Shown piece after piece: positions 25,280 through 32,000 of a stretch of 32,000 bases of DNA (positions are counted from its first letter, which is position 1; every line of letters starts with the position of its first letter). This stretch comes from Kiritimatiellia bacterium. Its GTDB lineage: Bacteria; Verrucomicrobiota; Kiritimatiellia; RFP12; UBA3636. The stretch is from the NCBI GenBank assembly GCA_050942875.1, contig JBMNOD010000006.1, positions 28,609 to 60,608 on the forward strand, written 5' to 3'. A program made the translations under genes and the position numbers. The notes below the pieces were generated by a model, which ran no database searches, was not told the origin of the DNA, and saw nothing but the letters and a program-made list of their open reading frames with translations.

Positions 25280-26116
25280 ATGAACGATGACAAAGTGACG
25301 TGGCCCTGCCGCGACAGGACGGTGACGCTGGCGTGCCCGGCGGTGATGGGGATTCTCAATGTCACCCCGGATTCGTTTTCGGACGGCGGCAAGCACGACG
25401 ACCTTGACGCGGCGCTGGCGCATGCGGCGCGGATGCTTGAGGAGGGCGCGGCGATTCTGGACGTGGGCGGGGAATCGACGCGGCCCGGCTTCACGCCCGT
25501 GCCGGCCGAAGAGGAGAAGCGGCGCCTGCTGCCGGTGGTGCGCGAGCTGCGGCGGGCGTTCCCTGACTGCGTGATTTCGATCGACACGATGAAGGCGAGC
25601 GTGGCCGAGGCGACGCTGGAGGCGGGGGCGGACATCATCAACGACGTCGCCGGGCTTGCCGATCCGCGGATGGCGGCCGTGGTGCGCGACACGGGCGCGG
25701 GCTACGTGCTCATGCACGGGTACGCCGAGCACGCCGGGGCGCCGCGGGCGGAGGGCCCCGGCCGGCTGGGCGCGTGGATGGCGGAGGGGACGGAGCGGCT
25801 TCTGGCGAGGGCGCTCGCCGGGGGGATCGCCCGCGAGCGGATCGTCCTCGACCCGGGCTTTGGCTTCGGCAAGAAGCGAGCCGAGAACGCGGAAGCGCTC
25901 CAGGCGGTGCCGCTGCTGATCCAGCGCTTCGGGCTCCCGATGCTCATCGGCGCTTCGCGCAAGCATTTCGTCAACGGGCTTCATCCCGAGGCGGGCGGGG
26001 ACGCCGTCAAGGCCAGCGTCGCCTTCGCCGTCGATGCGCTGCGTCTTGGGGGGCGGATTTTCCGTGTCCACGACGTGCTTGAGTCTTGCACTGCGCTCGC
26101 AAATGCATTACAATAG
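25280..26116 (+). CDS. folP: dihydropteroate synthase
   Basis: Motifs present are GILNVTPDSFSDGG, DVGGESTRPG, INDV, DPGFGFGK and GASRK. Confidence 0.95.
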   Translation: MNDDKVTWPCRDRTVTLACPAVMGILNVTPDSFSDGGKHDDLDAALAHAARMLEEGAAILDVGGESTRPGFTPVPAEEEKRRLLPVVRELRRAFPDCVISIDTMKASVAEATLEAGADIINDVAGLADPRMAAVVRDTGAGYVLMHGYAEHAGAPRAEGPGRLGAWMAEGTERLLARALAGGIARERIVLDPGFGFGKKRAENAEALQAVPLLIQRFGLPMLIGASRKHFVNGLHPEAGGDAVKASVAFAVDALRLGGRIFRVHDVLESCTALANALQ

Positions 26117-27084
26117 ACGGACATAGAGATGACGCAGCGCCGTTGGCCGGTCGGAACGGGTTGGACGATTGTCGCGTCATCATCCCCAAGGCTTTTTTCG
26201 ATTCTCTGTTCCGGTGGTACTGCGTGGACTTTTCGACATCTAGAACCTACATATTGGGCGTCGTCCAGATCATTGTTCTGGCGTTCCCGCTGTATTACCT
26301 GCTCAAATTCCTTCGTCGCACGAAAGGCTATCGAATCCTGCTGGGCATCTGCATCGTGCTGGTCGGCTTGAGCATTGCGGCCCGGGAATTGGAGCTTGAT
26401 GTGATTGGCTGGTTGCTTGATCGCATTGCGGCGTTCCTGCCGTTGGCCATGGTGATCATCTTCCAGCCCGAATTGCGCCGCGTTTTTGCGGAGATCGGCA
26501 GCCGGGCCACGCCCAAGCCCCAGAAGCCGGAGACGGATGTCATCACCGAAATCAAGAAAGCCGTCGATCTGCTCGCGAGCCAGCGCATCGGCGCGCTCAT
26601 CGCCATCGAGCGCGGCGTGAACCTCGACCACTACACGCGCGTCGGGCGGGAGCTCAACGCGCCGGTCGTCTCCGAGCTGCTGGCGACGCTGTTCTATCCG
26701 CACACGCCGATGCACGATGGCGGCGTGATCATCCGCGACGGCGTGATCCTCAGCGCCGGCTGCGTCTTCCCGATCGGCGCGCTGGGCGAGCGGCGCAAGG
26801 CGTTCGGCACGCGCCACCGCGCGGCCATCGGCCTCTCCGAGGAGACGGACGCGCTCGTGATCGTCGTGTCCGAGGAGACGGGGCTGATTTCGGTGGCCTA
26901 CGGCGGCGAGATCGTGCGCGGGCTCGACATCGAGAGCCTGGGGCGCGTCCTGGAGAGCGGGATCGGCTCGCGGGACGAAAGCACGACGGCGGAGTCGATC
27001 GATTCCGTGCGCGAGACGAAGGCCGCGCTGGACGAGGTGGATCAGGTGGCGGCGGCGATCGCCCGGATCAAGGAGGAGGCGTGA
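26086..27084 (+). CDS. cdaA: diadenylate cyclase CdaA (membrane-anchored DisA_N domain); start uncertain
   Basis: It has three N-terminal TM helices (YILGVVQIIVLAFPLYYLLKFLRRTKGYRILLGI...). The cyclase motifs are ALIAIER, HDGGVII, GTRHRAAIGLSEETDALVIVVSEETG. The track start is TTG 26086, inside folP. A later start such as GTG 26224 is plausible. Confidence 0.85.
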   Translation: MHCARKCITIDGHRDDAAPLAGRNGLDDCRVIIPKAFFDSLFRWYCVDFSTSRTYILGVVQIIVLAFPLYYLLKFLRRTKGYRILLGICIVLVGLSIAARELELDVIGWLLDRIAAFLPLAMVIIFQPELRRVFAEIGSRATPKPQKPETDVITEIKKAVDLLASQRIGALIAIERGVNLDHYTRVGRELNAPVVSELLATLFYPHTPMHDGGVIIRDGVILSAGCVFPIGALGERRKAFGTRHRAAIGLSEETDALVIVVSEETGLISVAYGGEIVRGLDIESLGRVLESGIGSRDESTTAESIDSVRETKAALDEVDQVAAAIARIKEEA

Positions 27085-27947
27085 TGCGCAAGCTGACTTC
27101 CTGGCTGATTTCACGGGCCAACGCGCTGGTCGTTCGAACCCAGCAGTTCATGCGGCGGCATCTGGGGCCGAGCGGCGACCTCAAGGCTCTGTCGCTCCTT
27201 GTGGCGGCCGTGATCTACTATTTCATCCAGAACCTCATCAGCTTCTCGGGAACCTACACGGTGCCGGTGCTCGTCTCCGTGCGAGAGGCGCATGTCGCGG
27301 TCCGCAGCCAGTCCGACGACGAGGTCAAGGTGACCTTGAAGGGATCCGAGGCCGAGGTTAGGGCCTTCGACCCCGCGAATCTGGCGGTGCGCCTCAAGCT
27401 CAGCCATGTCGAGGCCGGCACGGAGCGGCAGAAGGTGAAACTCCGCGCAAGCGACGTGGAAGGCTTCGGCAAGCTGCGCGTGGTTCGCATTGAGCCAGAA
27501 GTCATCAGCGTCGAGTTCGACAACGAGATCGAGCAGCGGCTGCCGCTGGCGTTGCCGACGTTGACAGGGCACCCCTTGCAAGGCGAGGCCAGCGTCGAGC
27601 TGATGCGGAAGCATGTCACGGTCCGCGGCCCCAAGAGCCGGCTCCAAAAGCTCGTGGACGACCGGATCATGATCCCCACCGACCCCATCGATGTCGCCGG
27701 CAAAACCCAGGGGTTCACGAAGGCCGTGAAGATCCGCCCTCCCGTGGATTCGGGCATTTCCGTCGTGCTGCCCGACGAGGTGGAGGCGAAGGTGGAGATT
27801 CTCAACATCCCCGGCCCGGAGCAGAGCCTGATCGATGTCCTGCCGGGCGGCGAAACCAACAGCCCCGCAATCTCACCCCCATCGTCTGCCCTCACGAATT
27901 TCCCGGCCTTGAACGCCACAAATGGCCTTCCCGCATTGGAGCCTTGA
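27084..27947 (+). CDS. cdaR: YbbR-domain protein (CdaA regulator CdaR)
   Basis: The ATG overlaps the cdaA stop (TGATG) and follows AAGGAGGAGG. It has an N-terminal TM and repeated YbbR-like beta-rich segments. The position after cdaA is the conserved one. Confidence 0.75.
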   Translation: MRKLTSWLISRANALVVRTQQFMRRHLGPSGDLKALSLLVAAVIYYFIQNLISFSGTYTVPVLVSVREAHVAVRSQSDDEVKVTLKGSEAEVRAFDPANLAVRLKLSHVEAGTERQKVKLRASDVEGFGKLRVVRIEPEVISVEFDNEIEQRLPLALPTLTGHPLQGEASVELMRKHVTVRGPKSRLQKLVDDRIMIPTDPIDVAGKTQGFTKAVKIRPPVDSGISVVLPDEVEAKVEILNIPGPEQSLIDVLPGGETNSPAISPPSSALTNFPALNATNGLPALEP

Positions 27948-27948
27948 C

Positions 27949-28980
27949 ATGAAAGTCCTCGTCACCGCCGGCCCCACCCGAGAACATCTCGACCCCGTGC
28001 GCTTCCTCAGCAACCGGTCGTCGGGCCGCATGGGGTACGCGCTGGCCGAAGCGGCCCGCGACCGCGGGCACGACGTCATCCTCGTCTCCGGCCCGGTGGC
28101 GCTCCCGCCGCCCGACGGCGTTGAAATCGTCAAAGTCGTTTCCGCGCGCGACATGCTCGCCGCCGTTTCCGGGCGTCTGCCCTGGTGCGACACGTTGATC
28201 ATGTGCGCGGCCGTGGCGGACTGGCGTCCGGCATCGTGCAGCGACGAGAAGCTCAAAAAACGCACGATGGAGACGACGCTGGCGCTCGTCCCCAATCCCG
28301 ACATCCTCGCGGAAATCGCGCCGAGGAAAGGCGATCGCCTCTTCATCGGCTTCGCCGCGGAGACGCATGACCTGCTGGCGCAGGCGCAGGACAAGCTGGC
28401 GCGCAAAGGGCTCGATCTGATCGTGGCCAACGACGTGACACAGCCCGGCGCCGGCTTTGAAACAACAACAAACCTTGTCACGCTCATCGCGGCGGGCGCC
28501 CCGCCCCGTCCGCTTCCGCTGATGAGCAAGCGAAACGTCGCCGACCATGTTCTTGCCTGGGCGGAGGAGAGAAGAAAAAAAATGTCCCGTTTGATCAAAG
28601 GAATTCACCACGTCGCACTCAAGGCGGAAGGCATGGACGACTACAATCGAGCCATCGCCTTCTATCGCGATGTGCTTGGCCTCCCGGTCGTGCGGAGCTG
28701 GGAAAACGAAGTCATGCACGCCACGATGATCGACACCGGCGCCGGCCTTCTCGAAATCATGTCGAACGCGACGGATCGCCCGGGCGAAGGCGCCGTGCGC
28801 CACGTCGCCCTCGCGACGGACGATGTCGACGCCTGCGTCAAGGCGGTTCGCGACGCAGGGATGAAGATCACGGTCGAACCCGTCGACAAGGTCATTTCAT
28901 CGACGCCGCCATTGCCCATCCGCCTGGCCTTCTTCATCGGCCCGCTCGGCGAAATCGTCGAATTCTTCTGCGAACGTTAG
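27949..28980 (+). CDS. phosphopantothenate-cysteine ligase (CoaB domain) fused in frame to a VOC/glyoxalase-family domain
   Basis: [29 protein letters not shown]...AAVADWRP...GFAAET...ANDV is CoaB (DFP C-terminal domain). From ATG 28582, [15 protein letters not shown]...[10 protein letters not shown]...[10 protein letters not shown] is a VOC fold. There is no stop codon between the two. Confidence 0.75.
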   Translation: MKVLVTAGPTREHLDPVRFLSNRSSGRMGYALAEAARDRGHDVILVSGPVALPPPDGVEIVKVVSARDMLAAVSGRLPWCDTLIMCAAVADWRPASCSDEKLKKRTMETTLALVPNPDILAEIAPRKGDRLFIGFAAETHDLLAQAQDKLARKGLDLIVANDVTQPGAGFETTTNLVTLIAAGAPPRPLPLMSKRNVADHVLAWAEERRKKMSRLIKGIHHVALKAEGMDDYNRAIAFYRDVLGLPVVRSWENEVMHATMIDTGAGLLEIMSNATDRPGEGAVRHVALATDDVDACVKAVRDAGMKITVEPVDKVISSTPPLPIRLAFFIGPLGEIVEFFCER

Positions 28981-28982
28981 CG

Positions 28983-29408
28983 TCAACCCCGTTGTCCTCG
29001 CCCCTCGACTTCGGCCAATGCTTCGGCTGGGGCGAGGATGCGGATGCGCCTGAATTTCAGGAGGCTCAGCAAGTGGGAGTCGCCTGACACGATCAGATCG
29101 GCCTTGGCGGCCAGCGCGCATTCGAGAATGGCGTCGTCGTCGGGATCCTCGGCAATGGCCTTTACGCGCTCTGTCGGGGTCGCGAGTTCGCACAGATCGT
29201 GCAGCTCTTCCACAAAGCGCATGGCTTGTTTTGGCGACAGGCCAAATTTCGGGCGTAAAAGCACCCCGCGGATTTCATCGAGAATCGGCAGTGACGTGAA
29301 GCATCGGATCGACCCCGCGAGCGCGTGCTCCAGAAGCCGTGCGGGCGGCCCGCCAAAGAGAAAGCCGGATATGACGACGTTCGAGTCGAGAACGAGCCGA
29401 AGCTTCAT
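28983..29408 (-). CDS. PIN-domain toxin (TIGR00305-type)
   Basis: The sequence is MKLRLVLDSNVVISG...DPDDDAILECALAAKADLIVSGDSHLL. A 4-nt ATGA overlap links it to the upstream RHH gene. Confidence 0.85.
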   Translation of the reverse strand: MKLRLVLDSNVVISGFLFGGPPARLLEHALAGSIRCFTSLPILDEIRGVLLRPKFGLSPKQAMRFVEELHDLCELATPTERVKAIAEDPDDDAILECALAAKADLIVSGDSHLLSLLKFRRIRILAPAEALAEVEGRGQRG

Positions 29409-29656
29409 TGGCGCGGTGTCTTACTTTGACGGTAGGCTGCGATTTCCCTTTCGACATCCTCGGCCACGAGCATGTTGGCTTTGGCGACGCTCTGTCCCAG
29501 CGCGAAAATGCTCGACCATCGGCGCTTGCGTTCAATGTACGCACGAGCCGCCTCGCGAAGAAATTCTGATCGGCTTCGAGACTCCTGCGCGGCCATGTCG
29601 TCGATTTCCTTCAAGAAATCCGTCGGGAATGCGATGTTTACCGTGGATGTGCCCAT
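29405..29656 (-). CDS. ribbon-helix-helix (CopG-type) antitoxin, 83 aa
   Basis: ATG 29656 follows AAGGAGGG. The sequence is MGTSTVNIAFPTDFLKEIDDMAAQESRSRSEFLREAARAYIER. Confidence 0.8.
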   Translation of the reverse strand: MGTSTVNIAFPTDFLKEIDDMAAQESRSRSEFLREAARAYIERKRRWSSIFALGQSVAKANMLVAEDVEREIAAYRQSKTPRQ

Positions 29657-29830
29657 ATGCCCTCCTTGATGGCAGGCATTATACAATCTTTGTATGATTC
29701 TCGTCAACCGAATCGTACCCGTACCCAGCGAAGCGGTAAGCGTTCACATTCACGAAAAACGGAAACGGGGGGCGTGAACGGGTACGGGTACGTGAACGAG
29801 CGGGCTTTTGGGGACAGACCCCGGTGCTCC

Positions 29831-30286
29831 TTATTTCAGCGGGGGATACCGGAGTGAAATTCCACCATGCTCCTCGACGAACTTTCCAAGGTCTCCGTCA
29901 AAACGCACTTTCACAGTAACAGGGGCTTCACCAAGAAAACGTAATGCTGTTATCCACCAGTAGGGAGTTGACGACAGCCCAATTTTGACCTCTTCAATTT
30001 GCTCCGTTTCCCATAGAACCCCATTTACATATACCGACATGACTCCGCTGGCCTTGATGGCCGTTCTATATTGGTTAGGATTGGCAGATCGATGAATGGG
30101 CCCCACGACATCGCCTTCACGATACTTTGTTTTGACTTGATACACTTTTCCAGGAATGGCTTTAAACTCGTACCATCCTTCGTTGTCGGGGCGGTAATAG
30201 GTCTTACGCGAAGAAAGAAACATTAGCATTGCGGTGCAAATGGCTCCTCTGCAAACAAGAGGCAAATTCGATTTACGGCGTTTCAT
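29831..30286 (-). CDS. hypothetical protein, 151 aa, N-terminal signal/anchor, beta-rich
   Basis: ORF track. It shares an ATGA overlap with the upstream ORF. Local GC is low and I recognise no motif. Confidence 0.6.
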   Translation of the reverse strand: MKRRKSNLPLVCRGAICTAMLMFLSSRKTYYRPDNEGWYEFKAIPGKVYQVKTKYREGDVVGPIHRSANPNQYRTAIKASGVMSVYVNGVLWETEQIEEVKIGLSSTPYWWITALRFLGEAPVTVKVRFDGDLGKFVEEHGGISLRYPPLK

Positions 30287-30819
30287 TTTCTTCTATCCTT
30301 GGAATGTTCTTCCACAAGGGCAAACTTTCTCAATGTTCGCCTGACGCCGCAAAATGTCAGGCACCCAATGAAAATTGATTTTCCGCCAAAGTCAATTTGA
30401 ATGGAATGAACCTCTGTGCGGCGGAAAAAATTCTTGAAATACTGTCCTGCTCCAAATTCAGCCGCCTTTCCTTTTGCGTATTCACAAGCATCCATGAATG
30501 AAGGAAAGGAAACCGAATCGACCATTGCTTTTAGATGCTCAAACTTTCTGGCGTAAACTCCACCCGATAAAGTGCAAAGGTAGGCAACGTGCTTTCCAGG
30601 ATCATACAGCACCTTGTAGCATTCGTTTGCAAAGCGTTTTCTTGCGAGGAAAATGACGCGTGCGGTCAGTGCCATCACAACGGCAACAACGGCCACAGCC
30701 CACCCAATCACTTTTGGAAACATGGCAACCTTCAAAAGGTACAACGGCATGGCAACCAAAATCAGAGCCAGGCATAAAGAAAGCCGGGTGTTGTCGGCTA
30801 ATGGCATGAGGCGTTTCAT
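30283..30819 (-). CDS. hypothetical membrane protein, 178 aa (two N-terminal TM helices plus a soluble domain)
   Basis: The TM helices are LSLCLALILVAMPLYLL and VIGWAVAVVAVVMALTARVIFL. GC is low (26/60 in 30421-30480 by hand count). Confidence 0.6.
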   Translation of the reverse strand: MKRLMPLADNTRLSLCLALILVAMPLYLLKVAMFPKVIGWAVAVVAVVMALTARVIFLARKRFANECYKVLYDPGKHVAYLCTLSGGVYARKFEHLKAMVDSVSFPSFMDACEYAKGKAAEFGAGQYFKNFFRRTEVHSIQIDFGGKSIFIGCLTFCGVRRTLRKFALVEEHSKDRRK

Positions 30820-30980
30820 AATGAATCATGATAGCAGTTGGCGTTTCACAACTCAAGCCTTGAGCATTTGGAAGACGTTTCACCAAGGAGCTTTTGGGGA
30901 CAGACCCCAAGATGGCGAGAAGAGAGGAGTGAGGAGTGAGGAGTTTCCGCTGGGGCTTCGCCCCAGACCCCCCTTTCTCA

Positions 30981-31170
30981 GTGAGGAGTGAGGAGTGAGA
31001 AGAGCGTAGTTCAGGCTGGGGGCACCCCAGACCCCGGCTATTACCTCTTTTTCTGTGTCTTTCTGTGTTTCTGTGGACAAAAAACATTCGGCGGAGCCGC
31101 CTCGGCAGGTCAACCGGGGTCTGGGGTGTCCCCAGCCAACACTCCTCTCTACGCTCTTCTCACTCCTCAC
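30981..31170. repeat. long composite inverted repeat (about 55-nt arms, about 76-nt loop)
   Basis: Segment 30988-31009 pairs perfectly with 31149-31170 (22 bp). Segment 31015-31037 pairs with 31114-31136 (23 bp, 1 mismatch). The arms contain GAGGAGT heptamers and the loop contains ttctgtg repeats. Confidence 0.85.
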
Positions 31171-31177
31171 TAAACAA

Positions 31178-31210
31178 GGGGGATTTTGGGGACAGACCCC
31201 AAAATCCCCC
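31178..31210 (-). terminator. candidate intrinsic terminator of the pseudouridine synthase gene
   Basis: A perfect 14-bp stem (gggggattttgggg / ccccaaaatccccc) with a 5-nt loop lies 7 nt downstream of the stop at 31217. On the minus strand it is followed by TTGTTTA. This is the longest member of the GGGGACAGACCCC motif family. Confidence 0.5.
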
Positions 31211-31216
31211 TAGCGA

Positions 31217-31990
31217 CTACAATCGTTCCAGCTCGTCCGGGCGGAGGTCGCGCCACTGGCCGGGGCGAAGGTCGCGGGGGAGGCGCAGGTCGTTGATGGC
31301 GGTGCGGACGAGCGACTGCACCCGCAGGCCGGCTTGCTCGCACATGTTGCGGATTTGGCGGTTGCGCCCTTCGCCGAGGAAGAAGCGGAGCAGGTGGCGC
31401 GGCGCGTGGCGTCCGTCTGCGAGCCGTTCGAGGTAGTCCACCTGCGCGGGGCGGATGCGGTAGCCGTCGATGACCATCGACGAGTTGAGGAACTTCAGCG
31501 TCCGCTCGTCGAAGGGGCCGGAGGCGACGACGTGGTATTCCTTGCGGTGGCCGTAGCGGGGATGGGTGAGGCGGTTGACGAGGTCGCCGTCGTTGGAGAG
31601 CAGGAGCAGGCCTTCGGAATCCCGGTCGAGCCGGCCGACGCAGACGAGCCGCTCGCGGATGCCGTGCAGGCATTCGAAGACGGTCGGGCCGTGGCGGTCG
31701 CTGGAGGAGCAGACGAGCCCGGCGGGCTTGTTGAGCATGATGGTGCGATGCGCCACCCCGCCGCGTGGCGGGGCGACCACCCGCCCGCGGACGGTGAGGA
31801 CGTCGCGGCCGGGGTTCTGGACACGGTAGCCGGGTTCGAGGACTTTCACGCCGTTGACGAGGACGTCGCCGGCCTTGATGAGCTCGGCGGAGTGGCGTCG
31901 GGACGCGATGCCCAGCCGCGCCATGTGGGTTTGCAGCCGCGGCGCGGCGGCGCCATCGGGGGCTTGACTTTCTCCGGGGTTCTGGGGCAT
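31217..31990 (-). CDS. rluB: RsuA/RluB-family 23S/16S rRNA pseudouridine synthase
   Basis: It has an S4 domain (RLQTHMARLGIASRRHSAELIKAGDVLVNGV) and the catalytic motif GRLDRDSEGLLLLSNDG. Assignment to rluB rather than rsuA, rluE or rluF is tentative. Confidence 0.85.
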   Translation of the reverse strand: MPQNPGESQAPDGAAAPRLQTHMARLGIASRRHSAELIKAGDVLVNGVKVLEPGYRVQNPGRDVLTVRGRVVAPPRGGVAHRTIMLNKPAGLVCSSSDRHGPTVFECLHGIRERLVCVGRLDRDSEGLLLLSNDGDLVNRLTHPRYGHRKEYHVVASGPFDERTLKFLNSSMVIDGYRIRPAQVDYLERLADGRHAPRHLLRFFLGEGRNRQIRNMCEQAGLRVQSLVRTAINDLRLPRDLRPGQWRDLRPDELERL

Positions 31991-32000
31991 AGTGTTGGAC

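Noticed and set aside
1-32000. A scan for tRNA, rRNA, tmRNA, riboswitch, transposase, integrase or phage structural genes.
   Set aside because: I found nothing recognisable by eye. Absence cannot be proven without tRNAscan-SE, Infernal or HMM searches.

Overview
This is a high-GC chromosomal segment from a diderm bacterium (TolC-type outer-membrane factor and c-di-AMP genes present; no taxon can be assigned from the sequence). Core operons alternate with lower-GC accessory patches, separated by unusually repeat-dense non-coding DNA.

Layout:
- 1-7806: a minus-strand operon of four divergent dynamin-family GTPase paralogs. The last one is cut by the left edge and is missing from the ORF track. 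A divergent XRE regulator sits upstream.
- 7870-9550: a gene-free field of reshuffled hairpin and repeat modules.
- 9553-17186 (+): core block of phosphohexomutase, GNAT, lipoprotein TolC-like factor, MacA-like adaptor and a split MacB-type ABC pump.
- 17190-22730: accessory units, all on the minus strand and cassette-like. They are a ParE toxin-antitoxin (TA) pair flanked by perfect 42-bp direct repeats, a SEFIR/TIR protein with a small unknown partner, and a tandemly duplicated YdeI-like gene with one copy carrying an in-frame 288-bp deletion.
- 22731-28980: a small membrane coiled-coil protein, a family-5 solute-binding protein behind a heptamer array, then folP-cdaA-cdaR-coaB, with CoaB fused in frame to a VOC domain.
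- 28983-31210: a PIN/RHH TA pair, a low-GC two-gene membrane module and a long inverted repeat.
- 31217-31990: an RluB-like pseudouridine synthase.

I recognised no rRNA, tRNA, CRISPR array, transposase or integrase. The best candidates for an undescribed system are the four-dynamin operon and the SEFIR-plus-partner pair. The repeat families are the main signal not explained by genes: heptamer arrays, covarying hairpins, a three-way-junction element and a GGGGACAGACCCC boundary motif.
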